Assembly: GCA_963752595.1 (NCBI GenBank)
Contig: CAVVYZ010000005.1
Coordinates: forward strand, 288,001 to 352,000
DNA from: an uncultured delta proteobacterium
Lineage (GTDB): Bacteria; Desulfobacterota; Desulfomonilia; UBA1062
Reading direction: 5' to 3'
Length of the DNA: 64,000 nucleotides
This document shows positions 22,651 to 32,489 of the stretch, piece after piece (the first letter of the stretch is position 1; every line of letters starts with the position of its first letter). The notes under the pieces are model-generated. The model searched no databases and had not been told where the DNA came from. It was given only the letters and a program-made list of their open reading frames with translations. The position numbers and the translations under genes were made by a program.

Positions 22651-24784
22651 ATGGACGCACCGAAACAGATATACCGGGAAGAGGCAAATGAGCTCCTGGC
22701 CGATCTTGAAGAGGCTCTGATCGAGCTGGAGCAGAAGCCCGCTGAAAGGGATCTTATCGACAGGATATTCAGGGCCATGCACACCATCAAGGGCTCGGGG
22801 GCCATGTTCGGCTTCGATGATATCGCGGCGTTTACCCATACCATCGAAACGGTCTACGACCTCATCCGGGAGGGCAAGCTGTCCGGTGACAGAAGAGCTC
22901 ATCAGCCTGACCTTGAAGGCCTGCGACCAGATCAAAGCCATGCTCGAGTGCATCCGAAGGGCAGGCGACGGCAGCCGATGGAGCGCTTACCTCAGAGCTT
23001 GTGAACGCATTCAAGGGCCTGATGCCGGGAGAGGGCAACGAGAAGGTTAAGACACCTGAAGCACCAGTCCCGTGCATCGAGAAGCAGGTGTCAGGGACAA
23101 GGCAGGAAGCAACCTACCGCATACGCTTCAAGCCCAACCGGGACCTCTTCACATAATGGCACCAACCCTATCCCCTTGCTGAATGAGCTCAAGAGCATGG
23201 GCCAGGCCCATGTGCTCTGCCAGCTCGAAGACCTGCCCGACCTTGCCCGATCTCGACACGGAGGCATGCTATGCAGCATGGGACATCATCCTGACCACAC
23301 ATAAGCGATATAAATGCGATCACGGGACATCTTCATCTTTGTGGAAGATATGAGTGATATCACCGTCACCAAGATCGATGACGGCAGTACATCAGAGGAG
23401 GAAGAGTACAAAAAGATGGGCGAGATCCTCTTCGAGCGAGGCGACATCAGCCTGAAGCGATCTCGAAGCCATCCTCGGTACGCAGAAGCGGATCGGGGAG
23501 ATGCTCGTCGAGTCGGGCAAGGTAAACCGCTCGGAAGTGCAGTCGGCGCTCATGGAGCAGGAGCATGTCCGGAACTTGCGGAAGAAACGCACCAGCCGCC
23601 AGGAGAGTACATCCGAGCATCCGGGTCGCCTCGGCAAAGCTCGATTCCCTGGTAAACCTCGTGGGCGAGCTGGTGACCGTGCAGGCCAGGCTCACCCAGC
23701 TCGCAGCCTCCAAGGACAGACACCGACCTCATCAGCGTGGCCGAGGAGGTGGAGCAGCCTGACCGCGGAGCTTCGGGACAACGCCATGGGCATCCGGATG
23801 CTGCCCATCGGCACCACCTTTGCCAAGTTCAAGCGCCTGGTCAGGGACCTGTCCGCGGAGCTGGGCAAGGAGATCGACTTCACCACGGAAGGCGAAGAGA
23901 CCGAGCTGGACAAGACCGTGATCGAAAAGCTCGTCCGACCCGCTGGTGCACCTCATCCGGAACAGCATCGACCATGGGATCGAGACGCCCGAGGACGCAG
24001 AACGTCATCGGGCAAGCCTGCCGCAGGGCATCATCCACCTGTGCGCCGAGCATTCCGGGGCCTACGTGCTCATCTCCGTGCATGACGACGGTGCAGGGCT
24101 GGACACGGAAGCCATCCGGAACAAGGCCGTCGAAAAAGGGCATTATCAGTCCGGAGGCGTACTTGAGCGAGAAGGAGATCTTCGAGCTCATCCTGGCGCC
24201 CGGGTTCTCCACGGCTAAGACCGTCACCAGCGTATCGGGCAGGGGCGTGGGCATGGACGTGGTTACAAGCAGCATCGAGTCCTTCGGCGGTACCGTGGAG
24301 ATCGCAGAGCACCAAGGGATCAGGCACCACCATCACCCTGAAGCTGCCGCTGACGCTGGCCATCATTGACGGGCTGCTCGTGACCATCTCGGAAGAGTTC
24401 TTCGTCATCCCCTTGAATGCCGTGCTCGAGTGCGTTGACCTCACCGATGAAGACAGAAAGCATACCCACGGAAGGAACCTGGCCAGGGTAAGGGGTGAGA
24501 TCATCCCCTACATCCCGCTGCGGGATGCCTTCTCCATAAACGGCTGCAAACCTTCCACCGAGCAGATCGTGGTCACCGAGATCGGCGAGAAGCGCGTGGG
24601 CTTCGTGGTGGACAAGGTCGTGGGCCAGCACCAGACCGTCATCAAAAACCTCGGCAAACTTCTCAAGCCCATCGAAGGCATCTCCGGCGCCACCATCATG
24701 GGCGACGGATCTCTCGCCCTCATCCTCGATATCAACAAACTCACCCACCAGGCTGAAATTGCCGAACACGATCTCGTTGCGTGA
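22651..24784 (+). CDS. cheA: Chemotaxis histidine kinase CheA, multiple frameshifts
   Basis: Hpt IFRAMHTIKG; SIRVASAKLDSLVNLVGELV; RMLPIG...RLVRDLS; HLIRNSIDHGIE; DDGAG; PGFSTA...SGRGVGMDVV; LPLTLAII; CheW domain ISGATIMGDG. Spread across many frames. Confidence 0.9.
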
Positions 24785-24830
24785 AGATAAAGGCTCTTTG
24801 CCTTGTGCATCTTCGCTGTGCAAGGTCATC

Positions 24831-24860
24831 TGTCACCCCCGCGAAAGCGGGGGACGGACA
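24831..24860. terminator. GC-rich hairpin between convergent cheA and pncA (REP-like)
   Basis: TGTCACCCCCGC-GAAA-GCGGGGGACGGACA with a GAAA tetraloop. Confidence 0.55.
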
Positions 24861-24862
24861 AG

Positions 24863-25537
24863 TTATTTCACTTCTTCTGCATTGACGAAATGAATTCCCT
24901 TATCAGTCATAACCTCCAAGGCTTCCGAGATGCTCTCGGCAGGAGATCCTACAGGTTTGGTAAGGTCCAGGATCACGTATACCCGGTAGCCCAGATCCGC
25001 CCCGTCTGAGGCTGTGAAGAAAACGCAGTAGTCGAGCGCCACGCCGCAGATGAAAATTCGCATCACCGCCCTCGACTTCAGATATCCGTCGAGCCCTGTA
25101 TGGGTCTTCCGGTCGTTTTCCATGAATCCCGAATAGCTGTCTATGCTCTTGTGATAGCCCTTCCTGATGACCGCATCCGCAAAGCCGGTCATCAGATTTT
25201 CGTGAAAATCCGCTCCTTTGCTTTTCTGGACACAGTGGTCAGGCCAGAGCACGGGGCCCAAGCCCGGGGATTCATAGAGATCGAAAGGGTTCATTCCCTT
25301 ATGTGCCGACGCAAAGGAGTAGTGGCCCGGGGTATGCCAGTCCTGTGTCAAGACCACGGGGAGATCCCTTTTCCGGAAAAGCTCCATGACCGTATTGATC
25401 CCCGGGACGATACCATCCCCCTCCCTCACTGCCAGGGCCCCGCCCGGCATGAAATCATTCTGCATATCCACCACAACCAGGGCATCCCCGCGTTCCGGCT
25501 TTACGCACTCATCGCGCACCAGCTGATCAGAACTCAT
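24863..25537 (-). CDS. pncA: Nicotinamidase/pyrazinamidase
   Basis: VVDMQNDF, TQDWH, WPDHC, RKG...DSYSGF, GVALDYCV. Confidence 0.95.
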   Translation of the reverse strand: MSSDQLVRDECVKPERGDALVVVDMQNDFMPGGALAVREGDGIVPGINTVMELFRKRDLPVVLTQDWHTPGHYSFASAHKGMNPFDLYESPGLGPVLWPDHCVQKSKGADFHENLMTGFADAVIRKGYHKSIDSYSGFMENDRKTHTGLDGYLKSRAVMRIFICGVALDYCVFFTASDGADLGYRVYVILDLTKPVGSPAESISEALEVMTDKGIHFVNAEEVK

Positions 25538-25654
25538 CGTGTTCTCCTTGGGATTCTTCCTTTGTTTTTAAGGTATGTATTATTGAGGACGGTTTGCATT
25601 ATCAAGCAGGGTTGACGTTTTTCAATAAGACGGGAATTTTACAGAAGCAGGCGC

Positions 25655-27052
25655 CTAGTGTCCGGCGGACGAGTTTCCGTTCTCACGGATCCTGCCCCGT
25701 GCGAGGGAAGCTACCGCCCCTGCAGCGCAGAAAACGGAAAAGATCAGAAAGCCCGCGTGAAGGCTTCTCATGAACTCCGGATATATTTCAGGCGTGATCT
25801 TTTTCTGGCCGATAAAGACGGCAAAGAGCATGAGGGCAACACCCATGCTTACCATCTGCCCGGTGATGCGCATGGTGGCGATCATCCCTGAGGCAACTCC
25901 GTACATCTTTTTTTCCACCGAACTCATGATGGCATTCGTGTTGGGTGAAGAAAAAAATGCGAAACCGAACCCGATGAGGACAAGAGCCGCAAGGATCTCC
26001 ACCATGCCGGTGTCTTCCCGAAGGAAGGCAAACATAAAAAGGCCGAGACATGTCATTACCATGCCCGTCGAGGCGAGGATTCTCGGTTCGATCCTGTCTG
26101 AGAGCCTTCCAGCGAGCGGCGAGAAGGCCATCATGACCAGGGGCTGCGAGACCAGGACGAGACCTGCCTCCTGGGGGGTCATGGCCTTTACATACTGGAG
26201 ATAGAGGTTCAAAAGAAAGGTTGCGGCAAAGGTTGCGCTGTAATGGATGAAGGCCGCCAGGTTCGAAAAGGCGAACGGCCTGTTGTGCGTCATGAGACGC
26301 ATATCGAGTACCGGGCTCTCTACCCTTTTCTCCCACGCGATAAACAAGGCCAGCCCCGCCAGCCCCGCTATGGTCAGCCACAGCCCGGAAGATCCCGGAA
26401 CTCTGGAGAATCCGTACATGACGACGATCAGGCTCAGCGAAAAGATGAGAGATCCCGCATAATCGATGCCCCCTGCTTTTGTTTCCCCTTTCTCTTCTAC
26501 GATACCCTTTGCTGCCAATGCCAGAACGATAATGCCGATGGGCACATTGACGAGGAAGATGCTTTCCCATCCGAAATTCTCGGTGAGGATTCCTCCGATG
26601 AAGGGCCCCAGGGACAGCCCCAGGTAGGTGGCAGCCACATTGATCCCGAGCACCCGGCCCCGTTCTTCCGGGGTGTAGACGGCCACGAGAATTGCTACGC
26701 CCGTGCCGAAGATCATCGAGCTCCCGATACCCTGCAGGGCTCTGAAGAAGAGCAGGATAGGCGTAGAGGGCGACATGATGATGAGAAGGGAGCTTAAACT
26801 GAAAATCGCGACCCCCCGGATGAAGATGCGTTTTTTCCCGTAGATGTCGGCAGCCCTGCCGAAGGGGAGCAGAAAAACGGCGGTTGCGATAAGGTAGGAG
26901 GTGGAGACCCAGTTCAGCGTAATCGCGTTCATGGAAAATTCCCTGGCGATGGCAGGGAGCGCGATATTGACCGAAGAGCCCATGAACGGCGTCAGGAATG
27001 ACGAGAGCGATGCCACGATAAGAATGACCGACCTGTTGCCTGCCGTTTTCAT
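25655..27052 (-). CDS. MFS transporter (DHA2/EmrB-QacA-like, 14 TM)
   Basis: VNIALPAI, GRAADIYGKKR, RALQGIG, GPFIGG, FLVNVPIG, GRLSDRI. Confidence 0.9.
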   Translation of the reverse strand: MKTAGNRSVILIVASLSSFLTPFMGSSVNIALPAIAREFSMNAITLNWVSTSYLIATAVFLLPFGRAADIYGKKRIFIRGVAIFSLSSLLIIMSPSTPILLFFRALQGIGSSMIFGTGVAILVAVYTPEERGRVLGINVAATYLGLSLGPFIGGILTENFGWESIFLVNVPIGIIVLALAAKGIVEEKGETKAGGIDYAGSLIFSLSLIVVMYGFSRVPGSSGLWLTIAGLAGLALFIAWEKRVESPVLDMRLMTHNRPFAFSNLAAFIHYSATFAATFLLNLYLQYVKAMTPQEAGLVLVSQPLVMMAFSPLAGRLSDRIEPRILASTGMVMTCLGLFMFAFLREDTGMVEILAALVLIGFGFAFFSSPNTNAIMSSVEKKMYGVASGMIATMRITGQMVSMGVALMLFAVFIGQKKITPEIYPEFMRSLHAGFLIFSVFCAAGAVASLARGRIRENGNSSAGH

Positions 27053-27168
27053 GCCGCCGCCTCCGGAGTGCATTTCTTTCCCACAAGACCCGATGCCGGT
27101 ATTCAATCACCAGAGGCAACGTAGCAGAAATGAAAGGCGAGAGGAACACCCTTTTTGCCCATGAGAAG

Positions 27169-28254
27169 TTATCTTTTTATGACATGGACGGACGTGGCTT
27201 TGAAAGAAGCCGCCACTTCCGTACCTTCTGAAAGGCCCAGGTCCTGCAGAGCCTGGTGCGTTACATGTGCAGAGAGAAGGAATCCGCAGTCGATACTCAC
27301 CCGGTAGAAGAACCCCATGGGGGTGATCTTTTCGATCCTGCCCGAAAATACATTCCTCGCACTCGACCTGGACAAGGAGGTATCGATGGTAACCTGCTCG
27401 GGCCGGATGAAGCACATCACCCGCCTGCCCGTCTCAAAGCCGCCGACAGCCCTGATAACGATCCCATCCACCGAGATGTCGAGGAGCCCGTCGTTCGATC
27501 CGCATACCGTTCCCTCGATGATGGTTTCCATGCCCACAAAGGCTGCTACGGTCTCGTTCACGGGCCGGTTCATCACCGCAGCGGCATCTCCGATCTGGAC
27601 AACGGATCCCCTGTCCATGACCGCGATCCTGTCGGAAAGCCGCAATGCATCCATCCGGTCGTGTGTCGCCATAACCGCGGTGATTCCCTTTTTCCGCATG
27701 ACAGAGCTTAAGTCTTCGATGAGCGCTTCCTTGGTGGGAGGGTCGAGCGAGGCAAAGGGCTCGTCCAGGAAAATCATCTCGGGCTGTAGGGCGAAGGCCC
27801 TGGCCAGGCTTGTCCTCTGGGACTCTCCGCCGGAGAGTTTCCGGGCCGATCGACCCGAAAGGTGGCCGATACCGAAGAGGGCGAGGTACTCTTCGACAAT
27901 GGGATGGATCTGTTTTCCGGGATACCCGTGGAACTTCAAGCCCGAGGCAACGTTGTCGAAAACGGACGTATCGAAAAGGAGCGGTTCCTGAAAAACCATG
28001 GTGATCTTTCTCCGGAGGCCGAGCATATCATTCCGGCCGGACAGCATGTTCCCCCGGAATCGTATCTCCCCATCATCTCTCCTGATAAGCCCTGAAAGAC
28101 TCAGGAGCAGGGTGGACTTCCCGGCACCGTTTCCTCCGATGAGCGAGAGGAACTCGCCCTCGAAAATATCGAACGCGGGCACATCGAGCACCGGGACGCC
28201 CCCGCGGCTCACCTTAAGGCCTCGTACAGATAAGATGGGCCGAGTGGGGCTCAC
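27169..28254 (-). CDS. tupC: Tungstate ABC transporter ATP-binding subunit with TOBE domains
   Basis: GGNGAGKST, LSGGE, LDEPF, C-terminal TOBE SSARNVF...FKATSV; operon with tupAB. Confidence 0.85.
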   Translation of the reverse strand: MSPTRPILSVRGLKVSRGGVPVLDVPAFDIFEGEFLSLIGGNGAGKSTLLLSLSGLIRRDDGEIRFRGNMLSGRNDMLGLRRKITMVFQEPLLFDTSVFDNVASGLKFHGYPGKQIHPIVEEYLALFGIGHLSGRSARKLSGGESQRTSLARAFALQPEMIFLDEPFASLDPPTKEALIEDLSSVMRKKGITAVMATHDRMDALRLSDRIAVMDRGSVVQIGDAAAVMNRPVNETVAAFVGMETIIEGTVCGSNDGLLDISVDGIVIRAVGGFETGRRVMCFIRPEQVTIDTSLSRSSARNVFSGRIEKITPMGFFYRVSIDCGFLLSAHVTHQALQDLGLSEGTEVAASFKATSVHVIKR

Positions 28255-28949
28255 CGGGGCCGCTCCCTCTGCTGGATACCGGTCAGGATTGCATTGACTA
28301 TGAATGAGAACAGAAGCAGGAGGATGCCCAGGGCGATCGCGACATCGAAGTTGCCCCTGCCTGTCTCCATGACCGTGGCTGTCGTGAGCACCCGTGTATA
28401 GCCCTTGATGTTTCCGCCCACCATGATGGAGGCACCGACCTCGGAGATCACGCTGCCGAACCCTGCCATGACCGCGGCGAGGAGCGGGAGCCTCGCCTCC
28501 CTGATGAGCATGACGACCATCTGGAAGCGTGACGCGCCGAGCGCCAGGATCTGGAGCCTCAGGTTTTCCGGCAGTTTCTGCATGGCAGCCAGGCTCACGC
28601 CCATGATGATGGGCGTGGCGATGACTGCCTGGGCGATGATGATGGCCGTCGGCGTATAGAGAACTCCGAGAAAACCCAGGGGGCCGTTACGCCACAGGAA
28701 GATGGTGACGAAAAGGCCCACGACAACGGGGGGCAGCCCCATGCCAGTGTTGATGAGGCTGATCACGAACCTCCTCCCGGGGAACCGGTTCAGCGCCACG
28801 ACCGTGCCCACGGATACCCCGAGGAAGAGGCTGATCAGGGTCGCAGTTCCCGATATCTTCAAGGAAAGGAGCGTGATCCCCATCACCTCCGGATCGAAGG
28901 TGAACAGGAGTTGAAACGCCTTCTTGATGCCTTCGAGGATCAGCTCCAT
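28251..28949 (-). CDS. tupB: Tungstate ABC transporter permease
   Basis: MGLPPVVVGL, GPLG, ISEVGASIMVGGNIKGYTRVLTTA. Confidence 0.92.
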   Translation of the reverse strand: MELILEGIKKAFQLLFTFDPEVMGITLLSLKISGTATLISLFLGVSVGTVVALNRFPGRRFVISLINTGMGLPPVVVGLFVTIFLWRNGPLGFLGVLYTPTAIIIAQAVIATPIIMGVSLAAMQKLPENLRLQILALGASRFQMVVMLIREARLPLLAAVMAGFGSVISEVGASIMVGGNIKGYTRVLTTATVMETGRGNFDVAIALGILLLLFSFIVNAILTGIQQRERPR

Positions 28950-28955
28950 ATCACC

Positions 28956-29825
28956 CTACAGTCCTAGGTCTTTCGGGTTTTTGCCCGCATCCGGGAAGAA
29001 GAGAGGGGACCCGAACTTGTCCACGCCGAAGGTCCCGATGATCTTCTGGACCTTGTCCGATATCATGAAGTCTGCAAATGCCTTACCGCCCTGAACATTG
29101 ATCTTGTCGAACTTCTTGGGATTGACCTCGATGACATGGTAGATATTGAGGAGCTTGCTGTCTCCCTCCACGAGGATGGCAAGCCCCAGGTTCTTTTTCA
29201 GCGCGAGGTAGGTGCCGCGGTCGGCAAGGGTATACCCCTTCTTCTCGGCGGCCACGTTCAGGGTCTGGCCCATGCCGAGCCCGGTCTGCTGATACCACTT
29301 CTGTCCCTCGGGATTGACGCCGGAGGCCTTCCAGAGGTCTTTTTCCTTGGCGTGAGTGCCGGAATTGTCGCCGCGGGACATGAAAAGCGAGCCTGTTGAT
29401 GCTATCTTGGCGCATGCTTCCTTGGCGGACTTCATTCCCTTGATCCCTGCCGGGTCCGATGCCGGGCCTACGATGACGAAGTCGTTATGCATCACGAGCC
29501 TGCGGTTCACCCCATTGCCTTCTTCCATGAAATTTTTCTCAGCAGCCGGAGAATGGACCAGCAGGACATCCGCCTCGCCTTTCGCGCCCATGGCCATGGC
29601 CTGGCCGGACCCGACGGCAATGGTCTTTAAGAAAAACCCTGTCTGCTTCTCGAAAATCGGGGTGAGCACATCTAAGAGACCGGAATCCTGGGTGCTTGTG
29701 GTAGTGGCCAGGATTACATTCTTCTGCGCAGCAAAGAGGCTCGTTCCGCAGAGAACGAGCGAGAGTGCAACCACAAAAAGACCGGTACGGAACAACTTTT
29801 TACCCATGAATTTATTCCTCCCCAT
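28956..29825 (-). CDS. tupA: Tungstate ABC transporter substrate-binding protein
   Basis: Signal peptide, TupA signature ATTTSTQDSGLL, VGSGQA, NDFVIVGP, SRGDNSGTH. Confidence 0.93.
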   Translation of the reverse strand: MGRNKFMGKKLFRTGLFVVALSLVLCGTSLFAAQKNVILATTTSTQDSGLLDVLTPIFEKQTGFFLKTIAVGSGQAMAMGAKGEADVLLVHSPAAEKNFMEEGNGVNRRLVMHNDFVIVGPASDPAGIKGMKSAKEACAKIASTGSLFMSRGDNSGTHAKEKDLWKASGVNPEGQKWYQQTGLGMGQTLNVAAEKKGYTLADRGTYLALKKNLGLAILVEGDSKLLNIYHVIEVNPKKFDKINVQGGKAFADFMISDKVQKIIGTFGVDKFGSPLFFPDAGKNPKDLGL

Positions 29826-29917
29826 GTAAAATTAATTTTTTGCTTTTTCGGATTCGATCCACTGCTTTGATTCGGGCAGGAAAGAATCCAGCACTGCTGA
29901 CTGAATAAGACCTTTTT

Positions 29918-30856
29918 TCATGATTCACCCTCCTTTATTTCCGGTGATGAATACAGGATCTTGCCGGAACCGGTGAAGTCATACTCTCCGAGGTTCCGCA
30001 CACGGTCCTTGAACTCAGGAGACCGGAGCATTTCGATGAGGGCCTGTACCGGTTTTTCGAAGAAGCCGGACTTTGAGACGACCATATCGAAACTTTCTGT
30101 CGTGATGGGAATGAAATCGAGATTCAGGAGCCTCGCCACTGCCACGGTCGCGATCCCCGCATCGGCCTCGCCGGAGAGAACGGCAATCCCGACATCCAGG
30201 TGGGTGGAGACTTTGCGGTCGTATCCTGCAACCGTCTCGGGTCCTATCCCTTCCCTGAGCAGGAGATGATCGAAGAGGAGCCTGATGCCCGATCCCTCCT
30301 GCCGGTTCACGAACATCCGGCCATCTTGTACCAGGTCTTTGATGCCCTTGATCTTGAGGGGATTTCCCAGTGCAGTGAGCAGCCCCACCTCGCGGCGGAA
30401 CATGTTCACCACCACAACAGGGAAGCCGGGGAGAAGGCGTTCGACATAGGGTATGTTGTACAGCCCGGTTTCAGGATCGAATAGGTGGCACCACGCGAGG
30501 TCCACATAGCCTCGTTTCAAGGCTGAAAGGCCTTCCATGCTCCCCGTGCCCGCGCTGAAAATGTAGAAGTCCGGGTGAGCTCCCCGGAGGAATGCAATGA
30601 GCACGTCGAGGACAGGGTCATTGCTCCCTGCCGCCAGCAGCGAGCCTGCAATGTGGAGCGATTTCGCCCGCGCCTCCTTCATCCCGCTCTTGGCGCTCTT
30701 CTGGATCCAATCGTCGATGAGATTTTTCGGGAAGATCCACTTGCCCGTGACCTTGGTGCAGGGAATCTTGTCTTCACGGATCAGGGCATAGACCTGCTTT
30801 TCGTGAATATCGAGGTATTTCGCAACCTCTTTTGTGCTCATCATATCCTGTGACAT
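29918..30856 (-). CDS. Excisionase-type HTH plus molybdate/tungstate-binding PBP regulator (TaoR-like)
   Basis: N-terminal MSTKEVAKYLDIHEKQVY...KVTGKWIF (HTH_17), then GSNDP, GSMEGL, NRQEGSGIR (PBP_like); heads the tupABC operon. Confidence 0.85.
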   Translation of the reverse strand: MSQDMMSTKEVAKYLDIHEKQVYALIREDKIPCTKVTGKWIFPKNLIDDWIQKSAKSGMKEARAKSLHIAGSLLAAGSNDPVLDVLIAFLRGAHPDFYIFSAGTGSMEGLSALKRGYVDLAWCHLFDPETGLYNIPYVERLLPGFPVVVVNMFRREVGLLTALGNPLKIKGIKDLVQDGRMFVNRQEGSGIRLLFDHLLLREGIGPETVAGYDRKVSTHLDVGIAVLSGEADAGIATVAVARLLNLDFIPITTESFDMVVSKSGFFEKPVQALIEMLRSPEFKDRVRNLGEYDFTGSGKILYSSPEIKEGES

Positions 30857-30935
30857 TCCCTCTCCGGCTCGTATTCTTAAGCATAATACCGAGGGTTTGT
30901 CTATACCAGGTATCCAAATATGATAAAATAATTAC

Positions 30936-30955
30936 TTATATATCTTTATATATCT
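30936..30955. promoter_or_regulatory. 10-bp tandem direct repeat, candidate operator of the TaoR-like regulator
   Basis: TTATATATCT x2, abutting a minus-strand TTGAAA, 80-100 nt upstream of the regulator start. Confidence 0.4.
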
Positions 30956-31004
30956 TTCAATAGAACCCTTGCTTCATCTATACCGACAATCCTTTTCGGA
31001 ACGA

Positions 31005-32489
31005 TCAGATATCCTGGCGGGTCCTCTTCTTCGTGAGGTTGTATTTCTCCGCCTTGAGGTAGAACGTCTTGTAGTTGAGCCCTGACTCCCTCGCAGCCTC
31101 GGCAATGACCCCGCCGTGCTTTTTCAGGAGATGCTCGAAATACTTCCGCTCGAACTGCTCAATCAGCGTGCTCTTGATGGAATGGTAGTCTGCACCGTCT
31201 CCGGCATCGACCAGGATGGTAGGCGCTTCGGTCGTATCCTCTACCGGGATCGAGACGTACTCGTGGAGATTTTTGCCCAAGTCGGGCAGGTATTCGATCC
31301 GCTCCGTCCTGCTGGACACCATGGCCCTCTGAATCACGTTTTCCATCTCCCGGACATTGCCGGGCCAGGAATAGCCTAAAAGTTGGTTTACAGCCTCCCG
31401 CGATATCGCTGTCACCGGGGAGTTGAACTTCTTCGAGTATTTTTTTATAAAATGATCCACGAGCATCGATATGTCGTCCTTGCGCTCCCGAAGGGGCGGG
31501 ATGATGATGGGAAGCACGCTGATGCGGTAGAAGAGATCCTCGCGGAACAGCTCTTTCTTGATCATGTCCTGGATCGGCCTGTTCGTTGCGCAGATGGTGC
31601 GGAAATCGAGGTCGATCTCGCGGTTGCTCCCCAGACGGGTGATCTTGCCGTCTTCCAGCACACGCAGGATCTTTGCCTGGAGATCAAGGGGGATATCGCC
31701 GATCTCATCGAGGAAGAGCGTCCCGGTGTGCGCCTTTTCGAACTTTCCGACCCGCTGGGTTATGGCTCCGCTGAAAGCGCCCTTCTCATGCCCGAAGAAC
31801 TCGGACTCGAGGAGGTTCTCCGGCACTGCCGCGCAGTTGATGGTCACAAACGGCTTCGCCTTCCTGTCGCTGCGGGAATGGATGGAACGGGCAACGAGTT
31901 CCTTTCCCGTACCGGTCTCCCCGAGGATCAGGACGGTCAGGTTGGTATCGGAAGCAGTGATGATCTGGTCGTAGAGTTTCTGCATCTTGGGATTTGCCCC
32001 CACAAGCTCATCGAGCCCTTCGGAATACTGGCGTATCCGGCCTTTCAGCTCGATGTTCTCCTGGAGGATCTCCTGCTGGCGGATGATCTTGGTCAGGGAC
32101 AGTTCCAGCGTATTCATGTTGAAGGGCTTTTCCAGGAAGTCATATGCCCCGTATTTCATAGCCTCTACAGCACCCGAGACCGATCCGAAGGCGGTAATGA
32201 CCACGACATAGGTGGAAGGATACTTTTTCTGGATCTCCTTGAGCAGTGTGTATCCGTCCATCCTGGGCATCTTGATGTCGGTGATCACGATATCGTGAGG
32301 GGCGAACTGAAGCTTTTCCAGGGCATCTATCCCGTCCTGCGCCGTATCAATTTCGAGGTCGAGGCTGGAATACAGCAGCGCCTCTTTGATCTGCTCAAGG
32401 AAGACCTGCTCGTCGTCCACGAGCAGGATTCTCTTCTTTGCTAGTGCATATCCTTCTCTTTCGCCCGTATTGGATCGGTTCTTTTTCAT
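31005..32489 (-). CDS. NtrC-family sigma-54-dependent response regulator
   Basis: REC LLVDDE...TDIKMP; [33 protein letters not shown]; Fis HTH. Confidence 0.95.
   Translation of the reverse strand: MKKNRSNTGEREGYALAKKRILLVDDEQVFLEQIKEALLYSSLDLEIDTAQDGIDALEKLQFAPHDIVITDIKMPRMDGYTLLKEIQKKYPSTYVVVITAFGSVSGAVEAMKYGAYDFLEKPFNMNTLELSLTKIIRQQEILQENIELKGRIRQYSEGLDELVGANPKMQKLYDQIITASDTNLTVLILGETGTGKELVARSIHSRSDRKAKPFVTINCAAVPENLLESEFFGHEKGAFSGAITQRVGKFEKAHTGTLFLDEIGDIPLDLQAKILRVLEDGKITRLGSNREIDLDFRTICATNRPIQDMIKKELFREDLFYRISVLPIIIPPLRERKDDISMLVDHFIKKYSKKFNSPVTAISREAVNQLLGYSWPGNVREMENVIQRAMVSSRTERIEYLPDLGKNLHEYVSIPVEDTTEAPTILVDAGDGADYHSIKSTLIEQFERKYFEHLLKKHGGVIAEAARESGLNYKTFYLKAEKYNLTKKRTRQDI

Noticed and set aside
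22651-24784. cheA as a genuine pseudogene or programmed-frameshift gene
   Set aside because: Many single-base indels while catalytic motifs stay intact. Similar indels hit DUF58, the hybrid kinase, the sigma-54 activator, the MCP-like gene, polX, pilB and pilT, often in homopolymers. This pattern fits uncorrected long-read error; read polishing would decide.
29826-29917. Moco/tungsten-cofactor riboswitch upstream of tupA
   Set aside because: The 90-nt spacer lacks the conserved Moco-motif elements I can recall; an Rfam search would confirm.
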